DNA of 64,000 nucleotides. Source: an uncultured Candidatus Rokubacteria bacterium. GTDB lineage: Bacteria; Methylomirabilota; Methylomirabilia; Rokubacteriales; CSP1-6. This document shows, in pieces, positions 46,501 to 57,200 of this stretch (position 1 is the stretch's first letter; each line of letters begins with the position of its first letter). The stretch spans positions 1,120,001 to 1,184,000 of the forward strand of contig CAVWWD010000008.1 in NCBI GenBank assembly GCA_963758635.1, read 5' to 3'. The translations under genes were made by a program, and so were the position numbers. The notes below the pieces were generated by a model. The model was not told where the DNA came from, ran no database searches, and was given only the letters and a program-made list of their open reading frames with translations.

Positions 46501-48065
46501 TCAGGCGAAAGGATTCCAGGCCGTCACCTTCCGGGGGGCGATCTTGTAGATGCGCCGGACCTCGCCCGGAAACTTCCAGCCGTCGGGGTAGCGGTCGCGC
46601 CCCAGGTAGCGCCGGGCGAGACGGTCCAGGTGCTCGTCGGCGCCGGCCTCGGTGATCTCGACCACCGGGCCGCGCACCTGGAGGTATCGGTTCGGGTCGT
46701 CGGGGTCGGGGATCTCGATGGCGACCTCGCGCCGCCGGGCCATGTTCAGGTCCTTCTGACGCCCCGCCGCCGAGTTCACGAGCACGTGGCGGCCGTCCCA
46801 GTCCACCCACACCGGCGTCACGTGCGGCGTGCCGTCGGGCATGAGCGTGGCCAGGTGCGCGTGGGTCGGCTTCGCGAAGAGGTCGAGGAACGCCGCCGGG
46901 ATGGGACCCGGATCGGCGGGCTGGCGGCCGCGCCACGCGTCGTAGCGCGCGATGAACGCCGGGTCCCGCGCGACGAGCTGGTTGTAGCCGACGCGGCCGC
47001 TCCGGGTCATCACGCGATAGGTGAAGGGGACCGGCTCGAGATCCAGGTGCCGCTCCACGCCTTCGAGCCAGGTGAGGCTCCGGTACGCCGCGGCCTGGAA
47101 CCGGTCGACCACCGGCTTACGCATGGCCTCGAACGCGGCCAGCGCCGCCCGTGGCTCCGCGCCGCGAACGGCGGGGGCGAACACCGCGTCGGCCAGGGCG
47201 ATGGCGTCCTCCAGCGCGAGCTTCGTGCCCGAGCCGATCGAGAAGTGCGCGGTGTGCGCCGCGTCGCCGATGACGACCACGTTGTCGTGGACCCAGTGGC
47301 GGTTCTTCACCAGCGGAAAGCTGAGCCAGCGGAGGAAGCCGTTCGGCAGGAGCGGATGGCCGCCCAGGTCGTCCGCGAAGACGCGGGCCAGGTGGGCGCA
47401 CGTATCGGCCTCGGACATGCGGTCGAGGCCGGCCGTCTTCCACGTCGCCGGCGGGCACTCCACGATGAACGTGCCGTGGGTGGGGCTGAAGCGGTACGCA
47501 TGCGCGATGTAGAGCCCCGCGGCGTCGCGCCGGAAGATCATGCTGAGCGCGTCGAAGGACTTCGTGGTGCCGAGCCACACGTACCGGTTCTGCCGCGACT
47601 CCACGGAGGGGTGGAAGAAGTGGCTCCACGTCTGGCGCACCAGGCTCGACGCGCCGTCGGCGCCCACCAGGAGGTCGGCGTCGGCCAGCGGCGCCGCGTC
47701 GGTCGACCGGCGTGTGGAGGGCGAGCTTCACGCCCAGGTCCTCGGCGCGCGCGCGGAGGATCTTGAGGAACGTGAGCCGGGCGATGCCGGAGAAGCCGTT
47801 GCCCCGGACGGTGTGGCGCTCGCCGCGGTGCACCGTGGCCACGTCGTCCCACGTCTCCGACGCGGCGCGGATGGCGGCGTAGGTCTCCGCGTCACGCTCG
47901 GCCAGGAACGTCGAGCGTGCGGTCGGAGAAGACGATGCCCCAGCCGAACGTGTCGTCGGGGCCGTCGCGCTCGAGCACGGTGACGTCGCAGGCGGGGTGG
48001 CGCTTCCGGGCCAGGATCGAGAAGTAGAGGCCCGCCGGTCCGCCGCCGAGGACGTTGACCTTCAC
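46501..48065 (-). CDS. FAD-dependent monooxygenase (anthraniloyl/salicylyl-CoA hydroxylase-like) fused to a PPOX-class split-barrel domain (frameshifts in the 5' half)
   Basis: GGGPAGLY, DDTFGWGIVFSD, GNGFSGIAR, GDAAHTAHFSIGSGTKLALEDA; then LATLMPDGTPHVTPVW...GRQKDLN in the same frame. Confidence 0.8.
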
Positions 48066-48081
48066 GGGCCGAAGCCGCGCC

Positions 48082-48495
48082 TCACGCCTCGTCGAGCACG
48101 GCCACGCCCTCGATCTCGATGGCGCAGTCGTCGTCGTAGAGGCTCTTCACCTCCACCAGCGTCATGGCCGGGAAGTGCTTGCCGAAGTACTCCCGGTACA
48201 CCACGCCGATCTCGCGGGCCCGCGCCTTGTAGTCGGCCTTCGAGAGCACGTAGAGGTTCAGCTTCACGATGTCGGTCATCTGGCCGCCGCGGTCGGCGAG
48301 GACGGCCCGGAGGTTCTCGCAGGCCTGGCGGAACTGGGCGGTGAGATCGCCCTTGCCGACCACGCGCCCCTCCCGGTCGAAGGCCACCTGGCCCGCCAGG
48401 TAGAGCGTGCGGCCGCCCTGGGTCTCGTACGCGTGCGAGTAGCCCACGGCCTTGGCCACGGTGGGCGGGTTGACGGGACGCGCGACCTTCGGCAT
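48082..48495 (-). CDS. RidA/YjgF family protein
   Basis: GYSHA, LAGQVA, FPAMTLVEV...IEIEG. Confidence 0.85.
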   Translation of the reverse strand: MPKVARPVNPPTVAKAVGYSHAYETQGGRTLYLAGQVAFDREGRVVGKGDLTAQFRQACENLRAVLADRGGQMTDIVKLNLYVLSKADYKARAREIGVVYREYFGKHFPAMTLVEVKSLYDDDCAIEIEGVAVLDEA

Positions 48496-48508
48496 GTCAC
48501 CCTCCTGG

Positions 48509-48600
48509 TCTGTTGTGAAGAACGCCGATTCCGATATCGGCGAGCGGGCAACCCCGCGGCTCTGCGGACACGCGGAATGCCGTCTCGCCATTCACCCCTC
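48509..48600 (-). mobile_element. MITE-like repeat, copy 4 (most diverged)
   Basis: GTTGTGAAGAACGCCGATT...TCTGCGGACACGCG...CTCGCCATTCACCCCTC. Confidence 0.65.
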
Positions 48601-48620
48601 GGTGCTCTCGTCGACGCTGC

Positions 48621-49424
48621 TCAGGACAGGACGACGGCCTCGCCGGTGCGGCCCGCGGCGCCGTCCGATGCCAGCTCCAGCACGACGGCGGCCACCGCGT
48701 CCGGCTCGACCAGGCGCCCCGACGGGTTCATGCGCGCGAGCGTGGCCACCGCCTCGTCGAAGCTCCGGCCCGTGCGCTTCTCGATGCGGCGGGCGCTCTC
48801 CCATACCAGGTCCGTCGCGGCGAAGCCCGGGCACACCGCGTTCACGGTGACGCCGGTGCCCTTGGTCTCCGCGGCGAGGGCGCGCGTGAGGCCCACCAGC
48901 GCGTGCTTGGAGGCGGCGTAGGCCGTGATGTACGCCGCGCCCTCGAGGCCGGCGGTGGACGCCACGTTCACGATGCGCCCCCAGCCGCGCTCGAGCATGC
49001 CGGGCAGGATCGTGCGGCAGAGCAGGTAGGGGCCGGTCGCGTTCACGGCGAGGTGGCGCTGCCAGAGCGCGAGGTCGGTGCGCGCCAGCGGCGCGGACTC
49101 GGCGATGCCCGCGTTGTTGACGAGGACGTCCACGGCGATCCCCGCCTCGCGCATGCGCTCGAGCGAGCTCTCCACCGACGCCGGGTCCGCCACGTCCATG
49201 GGCTCCACGAGGGGATCGGTGGCGCCGAGGCGGGCGAGCTCCCCGCGGGCCGTCTCCAGCGCCGAGCGGGTGCGGCCGGCCAGCACCACGCGCGCTCCCG
49301 CCCGCGCCAGGGCCTGGGCCACCGCGCGGCCGATGCCCCGCCCGCCGCCCGTCACGAGCGCCACGCGGCCCGCGAGCGGGCCCCCGTTGTCCGCCCCGGT
49401 GCGTCGCGAGACTCGTCCGGCCAT
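48621..49424 (-). CDS. SDR family oxidoreductase
   Basis: TGGGRGIG, NNAG, YAASK. Confidence 0.9.
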   Translation of the reverse strand: MAGRVSRRTGADNGGPLAGRVALVTGGGRGIGRAVAQALARAGARVVLAGRTRSALETARGELARLGATDPLVEPMDVADPASVESSLERMREAGIAVDVLVNNAGIAESAPLARTDLALWQRHLAVNATGPYLLCRTILPGMLERGWGRIVNVASTAGLEGAAYITAYAASKHALVGLTRALAAETKGTGVTVNAVCPGFAATDLVWESARRIEKRTGRSFDEAVATLARMNPSGRLVEPDAVAAVVLELASDGAAGRTGEAVVLS

Positions 49425-49491
49425 GCGCTGGATTCTACTCTGGTCCCCGGTGCCCCTCAGGGCGGCGGCGGGGCGCGTATACTACCGCCCC

Positions 49492-50757
49492 GTGACGCGC
49501 GCATTCGAGCGGGCGAGCCTGGCCGATGCGGTGGGGCGCCTGCGTCCCGGGATGCGCGTGCTCCTGCAGCCCGGCTGCGGCGATCCGCGCGCCGTCGTCA
49601 AGGAAATCTGTCGGCAGGCGGACCGGCTGGCGCCGCTCACGTTCATGGGCGGCCTGCGGCTGGACGACTACCCCTTCGCCGCGCCGGCGTACGCGGGGAA
49701 GCTCCGCTTCGCCACCTGGCACGACTCGCCGCGTCTCGCCGAGGCCGAGGCCCGCGGCGACGTCGACTTCATCCCCGCGCGCTACTGGGAGACCGCCGCC
49801 ATGTTCGCCACGGGCGGCGCGTGGGCCCCCGACGCGGTCATCGTCCACACCGCGCCGCCGGACCGCGCCGGCTACCTCTCGCTCGGCGTGTCGGTGAGCC
49901 ACGCGCTGCCCGCGGCGCGGCGCGCGCCCCTGGTGATCGCCCAGGTCAACGAGCGCATGCCGCGCACGCTGGGCAACGCGTTCCTGCATCGGTCGCAGAT
50001 CGACGCGTGGGTGGCCGTGGACGAGCCGCTCCAGGAGTATCCGCCGCCGCGCGTGGGCGAGGTGGAGCGGAGCGTCGCCGGCCACGTGGCCGGGCTCGTC
50101 CGCGACGGCGCCACGGTCCAGGTGGGCGTGGGCGCCATCCCGCAGGCCATCATGGAAGCGCTCGGCGGCCATCGGGACCTCGGCGTCCACTCCTTGCTGG
50201 TCGAGCCCATGATGGCGCTGGTGGAGAAGGGCGCCATCACCAACGCGCGCAAGCGCCTGCATCCGGGGCGGATGGACGTGGGCGAGATCATGGGCACCGC
50301 GCGGCTCTTCGCCTTCTGCCACGACAACCGCATGGTGAACATGGAGCCGTGCGACGTGACCCACGACCCCGAGGTCATCGGGCGTCTCGGCGACTTCGTG
50401 TCGATCAACTCCGCCCTCGAGGTCGATCTGCTCGGCCAGGTCAACGCGGAGAGCGTCGGCGGCCGCCAGGTGGCGGGCATCGGCGGGCAGTTCGACTTCG
50501 TCCTGGGCGCGGCGCGCGCGGCGGGAGGCCGGTCGATCATCGCGCTGCCGGCCACGGGACGCGACGGCCAGGTGTCGCGCATCGTGGCGCGCCTCGGGCC
50601 GGCCGCTCGGGTGACGACGCCGCGCTACCTCGCCGACTACGTCGTGACCGAGTACGGCGTGGCCGCGCTCCGCGGCAAGGACGACGCCGAGCGGGCGCGG
50701 GCGCTCGCGCGGATCGCGCATCCGAGCTTCCGGGAGGCGCTGGAGCGTGGAGCGTGA
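49492..50757 (+). CDS. Acetyl-CoA hydrolase/4-hydroxybutyrate CoA-transferase family
   Basis: QVNERMP, QVGVGAIP, EVDLLGQVNAE, GIGGQFDF, VVTEYG. Confidence 0.85.
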   Translation: MTRAFERASLADAVGRLRPGMRVLLQPGCGDPRAVVKEICRQADRLAPLTFMGGLRLDDYPFAAPAYAGKLRFATWHDSPRLAEAEARGDVDFIPARYWETAAMFATGGAWAPDAVIVHTAPPDRAGYLSLGVSVSHALPAARRAPLVIAQVNERMPRTLGNAFLHRSQIDAWVAVDEPLQEYPPPRVGEVERSVAGHVAGLVRDGATVQVGVGAIPQAIMEALGGHRDLGVHSLLVEPMMALVEKGAITNARKRLHPGRMDVGEIMGTARLFAFCHDNRMVNMEPCDVTHDPEVIGRLGDFVSINSALEVDLLGQVNAESVGGRQVAGIGGQFDFVLGAARAAGGRSIIALPATGRDGQVSRIVARLGPAARVTTPRYLADYVVTEYGVAALRGKDDAERARALARIAHPSFREALERGA

Positions 50758-50824
50758 GGAAAGGGAAACGGGGAGGAGCGACGGCGGAGCCGGGCCGGTC
50801 GCGCCCCGGCCCCGCCGGATACCG

Positions 50825-51052
50825 CTAGCCTTTCAGGCTATCGATCGAGGCGAAGATCTCTTCGTCGGTCGGGAAGCGGAACGTCTCCTGGTTGTTGTAG
50901 ACGCGCTTGTTGTCGATATCGACGAAGAACACGCCGCCCATGCTCTCGGTGAGCTTGGCGGTGATCCCGTACTTGTCCTTGATGGCGGCCTGCAAACTGG
51001 AGGCCTGAGGGAGGTAGTTTCACTCTCCGCAGTACGTGATGACGATGTTCAT
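50825..51052 (-). CDS. SelW/Rdx-family selenoprotein (CxxU; Sec at 51020-51022)
   Basis: MNIVITYCGE-U-NYLPQASSLQAAIKDKYG...GGVFFVDID...RFPTDEEI; RBS GAGGAGG. Confidence 0.9.
50987..51005 (-). promoter_or_regulatory. SECIS-like hairpin of the SelW-like gene
   Basis: mRNA GGCCU-C-CA-GUU-UG-C-AGGCC starting 14 nt after the UGA. Confidence 0.6.
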
Positions 51053-51123
51053 CAGGGCCTCCTCGTAAGCGGGCTTGGCGACAGCGTGAACGTCATGATA
51101 CGGAGTGCTCCAGGACCTGTCAA

Positions 51124-52106
51124 ATGCCGCTGCCCCTCCTGATCGACACCGACCCCGGCATCGACGACGCGCTCGCCATCCTGTTCGCCCTGGCGTCGCG
51201 GGAGCTGTCCGTGGAAGGCCATCACCACGGTCGCCGGCAACGTGCCGGTCGACGTCGGGACGGCCAACGCGCTCCGCATCCTCGACGTGGCGCAGCCCTC
51301 GCGCCGGCCGCCGGTGGCCCGGGGCGCCGCGGCCCCGATCCGGCGTCCGCTCGTCACCGCCGACCGGTACCACGGCGGCGACGGCCTGGGCGGCGTGGAC
51401 GCGCTGGTGGACGACCAGGGGCGCCCGCGCTATCCCGTGCCGGACACGAAGCTCGACCGGCGGGACGGCGCCGACCTCATCCTGGACACCGTGGACCGCT
51501 TCGCGGGCCAGCTCGTGCTCCTCGCCCTGGGCCCGCTCACCAACGTGGCCATCGCGCTCGAGCGCGACCGCGCGCGGCTGTCCCGCGTGGCCCGGCTCGT
51601 GGTGATGGGCGGCGCCGTCACCGTGCCCGGCAACGTGACGCCCGCCGCCGAGTTCAACTTCTTCGCCGACCCCGACGCGGCCGCCGCGGTGCTCGCCGCC
51701 GGCCTGCCCGTGGAGCTGGTGCCCCTCGACGTGACGCGGCGGACGCTCCTGACGAGCACGGCGCTCCGCGAGCGGCTGCGTGGCGCGACCGGCCGGCGCG
51801 CGCGCTTCGTCCTGGACGTGACGGCTCGCGCGTTCGCCCGCGCCTCGGGCGCGGAGGGCCGCGGCATCCCGATGCACGACCCGCTCGCCGCGGGCGTCGT
51901 GCTGGACCCATCGCTGGTCCGCTTCGAGCGCCTGCACGTGGAGGTGGAGTGCGAGGGCCGCCACACGAGCGGCATGTCTCTCGCCGACCGCCGGCCCGGG
52001 GACGACAGCGAACGCGCGCCGGCCAACTGCGCGGTGGCCACGGCCGTGGAGGCCGACGCGGTTCCTCTCCCTCTTCCTGGAGCGCGTGTGCCCAGCGTCT
52101 GCGTGA
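51124..52106 (+). CDS. Inosine/uridine-preferring nucleoside hydrolase (frameshifted)
   Basis: DTDPGIDD, LGPLTNVA, AEFNFFADP, HDPLA. Confidence 0.85.
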
Positions 52107-53018
52107 TCGCCTCGGTCAACGTCGACTACGCGATGACGCTGCCGCGGCTGCCCGGGCCGGGCGAGACGGTCCTCGGCGGCACGCTCCTGGTCGGAGCCGG
52201 CGGCAAGGGCGCGAACCAGGCGGTGGCGGCGCGGAAGCTCGGCGCCGAGGTGCGGGTGATCGGCGCGATCGGCGACGACACGGCGGGCGCGGGCGTGCGA
52301 CGCGGCCTCGACGCCATCGGCATCGACACCGGCGGCCTGGTCGCCGTCCCCGGCGCCGCCACCGGCACCGCGCTCATCCTGGTGGACGGCGCAGGGCCGG
52401 AACTCGATCGCCGTGGCCTCCGGCGCCAACCTGCGCCTGACCGAGGCGATGGCGGCGGCCCACGCGGACGCGGTGCGGCAGGCCGACGTGCTGCTCTGCC
52501 AGCTCGAGGTGCCGCTGCCCGTGGTGCGCTGGGCGCTCGCCGAGGCGCGCCGCCACGACGTGACCACCATCCTCAACCCGGCGCCGGCCCAGGACCTGCC
52601 CGCGGACCTCCTCGCCCTGGTCGACTACCTGACGCCCAACGCGGGCGAGGCGGAGGCGCTGGCCGGCGCCCGGGTGACCGACCCCGAGTCGGCGCGCGAC
52701 GCCGCCGCCGCGCGCTCCTCGCGACGCGGCGTGGGCACCGTGGTCGTCACGCTGGGGGAGCAGGGATCGCTCGCGTGCACGCCGGAGGTCGCCTCGCACT
52801 TCCCGGCGTTCCCCGTGCGCGCCGTGGACACCACCGCCGCGGGCGACGCGTTCAGCGGAGCGCTCGCCGTGGGGCTGGCCGCGGGCGGCACGCTCGAGCA
52901 GGCCATCCCGCTCGCCAATGCCGCCGCCGCGCTCACGTGCACGCGCCCCGGCGCTCAGGACGCGCTGCCGGACCGCGCCGCCGTCGAGGCCTTCCTGCGC
53001 TCGCTCAAGGGCGCGTAG
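52088..53018 (+). CDS. rbsK: Ribokinase (frameshifted)
   Basis: GGKGANQAVAA, QLEVP, LNPAP, DTTAAGDAF. Confidence 0.85.
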
Positions 53019-53053
53019 CGCTCTGACCGCGTCCCCAGGCCCGTCGCGGGCCG

Positions 53054-53575
53054 TCAGTCCGCGCGCCTCACCCCGATCTCGAGCACCTGGCGGATCCACC
53101 GTGAGTGCCGTCGTTCAGCCGGGATCACGACCATGAGCGGGCCCTCATGCGTCGAGAGCGGCCGCCCGTCGCGTCGATCCGCGAGCAGCACCACGCGGTC
53201 CGTGAAGGCCTCATCGACCTCCGGCAAGGCAAGGACGACCCGGTAGCCGTCGGCCGCGGTCACCAGGAGGTAGTCCGCGAGGCGCGGGCCCCGCAACTGA
53301 TCGCCGAGGGGCACCTTCGCCGTTCGCAACAGGGTGCTGAGACGCACCCCTTCGAAGGTGACCGATCGCCCCTCGCGATCCGTCGTCGAGACCGTCTCGC
53401 GCGCGAGAGTCGCGAATGCTTCCGCCGTCAGGCTCAACGGGTTCGGACTGCCGCCGGTGATTCGAAGGACGGTCGTCCCAGGCGTCTGGGAGCCCGGTTG
53501 GCCGACCGCCAGGATCGGCGCGATCGCGACCATGACCAGACTCAGGCCGACCACGACAGCGCGCGTCGGCCGCAT
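53054..53575 (-). CDS. Secreted molybdopterin-oxidoreductase-like domain protein
   Basis: Signal peptide; FEGVRLSTLL, VTAADGYRVVLAL, DGRPL...GPLMVVIP. Confidence 0.7.
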   Translation of the reverse strand: MRPTRAVVVGLSLVMVAIAPILAVGQPGSQTPGTTVLRITGGSPNPLSLTAEAFATLARETVSTTDREGRSVTFEGVRLSTLLRTAKVPLGDQLRGPRLADYLLVTAADGYRVVLALPEVDEAFTDRVVLLADRRDGRPLSTHEGPLMVVIPAERRHSRWIRQVLEIGVRRAD

Positions 53576-53580
53576 CCCGA

Positions 53581-53790
53581 TCAGTCCTTGCCGACGATCA
53601 CGTCCGACGCCTTGATCACCGCATAGGCCGAGTCCCCGATGGTGAGCTTCAGCTCGTCGGCCGCCTCGTTGGTGATGGAGGCGGTGATCACGGTGCCGCC
53701 CCCGATGTCGATCTTGACATGGGCGGTGGTGGCACCCTGCGTGACCCCCAGCACCTTGCCCTTGATGATGTTGCGTGCGCTCAGGCGCAT
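53581..53790 (-). CDS. Mop/TOBE molybdate-binding protein
   Basis: MRLSARN...ASITNEA...AVIKAS. Confidence 0.9.
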   Translation of the reverse strand: MRLSARNIIKGKVLGVTQGATTAHVKIDIGGGTVITASITNEAADELKLTIGDSAYAVIKASDVIVGKD

Positions 53791-53807
53791 ACCCTGCCTC
53801 CTGTTCT

Positions 53808-54512
53808 CTACTGCCTCCAGCCCGCTGCCGGGACGGCGACGCGCGCCCCCGGCGCCAGCCGGATCGCCTCGAGGTGACCGGAGATCCGGCCGTCCTCGGT
53901 CTGAAGGTGCACGTGGATGTTCGCTTCGCCCGGGGTGAAGATGCCGCGATGCCGCTGCGAGTGGAATCCGATCAGCTCCACGCTGGCGTGCTCCAGCGTG
54001 TGCCGCACCTTCGACTGCTCGTGTCGCTCCGGAGTGTGGGCCAGGCCGTCACGCTTGTCGAGCACGTGAAGCGTGGCCTCGACGGCGGTTGCGCACACCC
54101 TGAAGGGAAAAGGCCGATCCGGATCCAAGCCAGTCTCGCGCGCGAGGACGACCACCTCCCGCTCGAGGCCGTCGAGACCGGCCAGGTTGCCATGCTCCGC
54201 CTCGCGCTCGGACCAGGCCGGCACCTGCGCCCAGACCAGGAAGCAGGCGCGCACGCTCCAGCTTGCCGCGGTCACCACCGTGTGCCGCTCGATCCGGGCG
54301 ATGGAGGGGACACCGTCGAAGATCGAGACCTCTCCCCGCACCCCTTCGAGCGGACCGAGCCCGTAGAGGTGCGGGACCCTCGACAGGGTCTCGAGCACCA
54401 CGTGACCGCGCAGGTCGCCGGCGAGGACATCCCGCTGCGCGCCGGCCCAGCGAACGCCCGCGCCGTCGTCACCCCCATCGGCCAGGGGAGCGTGCGGGGC
54501 GTGGCCGGTCAC
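53808..54512 (-). CDS. Acetolactate decarboxylase-like protein
   Basis: YGLGPLEGVRGEV, GFHS...HVH...SGH metal-binding motif. Confidence 0.6.
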   Translation of the reverse strand: MTGHAPHAPLADGGDDGAGVRWAGAQRDVLAGDLRGHVVLETLSRVPHLYGLGPLEGVRGEVSIFDGVPSIARIERHTVVTAASWSVRACFLVWAQVPAWSEREAEHGNLAGLDGLEREVVVLARETGLDPDRPFPFRVCATAVEATLHVLDKRDGLAHTPERHEQSKVRHTLEHASVELIGFHSQRHRGIFTPGEANIHVHLQTEDGRISGHLEAIRLAPGARVAVPAAGWRQ

Positions 54513-54531
54513 AAACCGGGTCCGCCGGCGA

Positions 54532-55299
54532 TCAGCGCGCGCCGGCCGGCGGCGGCTGGAACCCGTACTTGGCGAGCACGGTCCGGCCCTGCGCCCCGCT
54601 CAGCAGGTCCAGGAAGGCCTGGGCCAGCGCGGCCTGCTTCGAGGCCGCCACGACCGCCCCCGGGTACACCACGGGGCGGTACGTGTCCTCGGGCGGCCGG
54701 AACGCCTCCTTCACACCCTGGGCGCGCGCGGCCGCGTCCGTGGTGTAGACGAAGCCCGCGTCGACCTCGCCGCGCGCCACGTAGTCCAGGGCCTGACGGA
54801 CGTTCTCCGAGAAGATGAGCTTCGGCTGGATCTTGTCCCAGAGCCCGAGGGCACGCAGGCTCTCCTCCGCGTACTGTCCGGCGGGGACGGTCTTCGGATG
54901 GCCCATGACGATCTTCCCCACGCGCGCTTCCAGGAGATCCGCCGCCTTCGTGATGTCCACGCGCGAGTCCGCCGGCTTGATCACGGTCAGCACGTTCTTG
55001 GCGAAGGCGCGACGGCTCGCCGTCACGATGAGGTTCTGCTTCTCCAGCTCGTCCATCTGTCGCGACGCGGCGGACAGGAACACGTCCACGGGCGCGCCGG
55101 CCTCGATCTGCTTCTGCAGGTCGCCGGAGGCGCCGAAGTTGTAGCGGAGCGTCACGCCGGGGCGCGACGCCGTGAAGCCGCGGCCCAGCTCCTCCACCGC
55201 GTCCTTCAGGCTCACCGCCACCGACAGCACCATCTCCTGCGCCGAGGCGCCGGTGGCCGCCAGGACGACCAGCATCAGGGAAACGACGAGAGTCCTCAC
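54532..55299 (-). CDS. modA: Molybdate ABC substrate-binding protein
   Basis: AVSLKDA, FGASGDLQKQIEAGAPVDVFLSA, VPAGQYA, DAGFVYTTD. Confidence 0.9.
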   Translation of the reverse strand: MRTLVVSLMLVVLAATGASAQEMVLSVAVSLKDAVEELGRGFTASRPGVTLRYNFGASGDLQKQIEAGAPVDVFLSAASRQMDELEKQNLIVTASRRAFAKNVLTVIKPADSRVDITKAADLLEARVGKIVMGHPKTVPAGQYAEESLRALGLWDKIQPKLIFSENVRQALDYVARGEVDAGFVYTTDAAARAQGVKEAFRPPEDTYRPVVYPGAVVAASKQAALAQAFLDLLSGAQGRTVLAKYGFQPPPAGAR

Positions 55300-55367
55300 G
55301 CATGCCCTCCTCGGATCGGAATCGTGAATCGCGATCGGCACGGCGGGCCGCCGATGGCCTCCGCCCG

Positions 55368-56205
55368 TCACTCCGCCGGACGCCTAGCGTACCGGCCGCG
55401 AGTGGCGAAGGCCACGAGAATCAGCCCCGCCACGTAGAGCGCCATCGTGGCGGGCTGGGGAACGGTCGCGACCACCTCGAGGCCCGTCAGGTTCGACAGG
55501 AACCGTCCCCCGCGGTTGTCGCCCGGGAAGATGAGCCGCGCGAACCCGGCGCCCGGGAAGTCGCCGTTGGTGTCCGCGTACGCCACCAGGTAGTTCGCCG
55601 CCCGCGGATTCAGGGCGGGATCCAGCTCGGCCAGGGAGAGGATCTCGCGGTATCCGTCGGTCGCCGTCGCGATGACGTAGCCGTCGAGGACGTCGCCAGA
55701 GAAGCCCGCCTCGGTGAGGAAATCCCACAGCCGCACGCCGGTGTAGTCGTTTGGGAGCCGTCGGGCCGCCCCCGCCGGTGAACGTCACGTCCTCGGCAAT
55801 GGTCGCAGGCAAGGCCTGGAGCGCGGCCAGGTCGAACGTGCCCGGCGTCACCCCCACGCCGGAGAGGGTGAACGACGTGGACTGAGAAGCCGGCTGATTG
55901 GGCGCTCCCGCCGCGCCGAACACGTCCAGGTTGATCAGGTCCTGGATGTTCCGCGCGCCCGTCGGGTCCTGGGGCGCCACGAAGACGGGCGTGGTGAGTG
56001 GATTGCCGTTCGCCGCGTAGGCGACCAGGAACGGCGGGGGCGCCCCGCCGAACCGCGGGTTCACCTCGCCGATGGAGACGAGCGAGCGCGCGCCGTCGCT
56101 CCCGGTCGCCACCACGCCGTAGCGGAGCTGCGGGTTGTTCGTGTTGCCGCCCGGCGGGATGGTCGTCACCACGTTCGACGTGGTCCCCGCGGCATTGCCG
56201 CCCAG
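55368..56205 (-). pseudogene. 5'-truncated PEP-CTERM-like protein with two molybdopterin-oxidoreductase-like domains (frameshift near 55750)
   Basis: VVATGSDG..SIGEVNP and VIATATDGY..SLAELDP; C-terminal VPQPATMAL + TM + basic tail. Confidence 0.6.
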
Positions 56206-56247
56206 ATCAGCAGGCGAGCGTGTCGACCAGGGCGGGAGCGAAAGCCT

Positions 56248-57166
56248 TCAGGCCGGGCGGGGCGCCGAGCCGGCGGCCTCGAGGCGGCGCTTGGCCTCCG
56301 CGTAGACGTCCGCGGGCAACGGGCCCCTGCCGCAGGACCTCGACGTTGTGCCGGAGATGATCGGGGTTGATGGTCCCGACGATGTTCGTGTGCAGGTCGG
56401 GATGGGTGAAGGTGAAGCGCAGGACGAACTCCATCGGGGTCATGCCGTGCAGCAGGTCCCGCAGCTCCACCTTCTGCCACCGGTCCCACTGGACGCCTTC
56501 CTGCTTGCCCTCGGTGGGCGCGCCCTTGGCCGCGCCGCCCCGGACCACGATGCCGGCGCCCGCCCGGGCCGCCGCCGCGATGATGGCCTCGTGCTCGCGC
56601 TCCACCGCGGAGTAGGGGATCTGGAAGACGTCGAAGACGCCCATGGCGATGTGGTCGACGATGTGGGGCAAGGTGCCCGACATGCCGACGAACCGGGTCG
56701 TGCCGGCGCGCTTGAGCTCCAGCACGGTGTCGAGCGCCCCGTCCTTCTCCAGGGTGGCGCGGGACGGCGAGATGTGGAACTGGAGCACGTCGAGGTGATC
56801 GGTCCGCATCCGGGCCAGGCTCTGCTCCACGCCCCGCAGGATGTTGTCCCGCGTGAACACGTGCGGGCTCGTCTGGCCCCGCGGCGCCGGCGGCGCCCCC
56901 ACCAGGCATCCGCACTTGCTCGCCAGGTAGTACTGGTCGCGGCGGTCCGCGATGTAGCGGCCGATGCGCTCCTCGCTCACGCCGTAGTCGATCGACGTGT
57001 CGATGTAGTTGATGCCGGCGTCGAGCACGGCGTTGAGGATCGTCTCGGCCTGGGCGTCGCTCACGTCCCGGCCCCGCGGCGCCCCGCGGATCTCCATGGC
57101 GCCGTAGCCCAGCATGGTGACGGAGAGCCCGGTCCGTCCGAGTTGCCGCTTTGGTAGCTCGGTCAT
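56248..57166 (-). CDS. Aldo/keto reductase (frameshift near the 3' end)
   Basis: LGRTGLSV..LGYG, GINYIDTS..YG.SEERIG, SLARMRTDHLD. Confidence 0.88.
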
Positions 57167-57200
57167 CGTCTGTCCTCCCTGGATCGATTCCAGCAGCGGT

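Noticed and set aside
51242..53026. Nucleoside hydrolase-ribokinase fusion
   Set aside because: Frameshift artefact; overlapping separate genes
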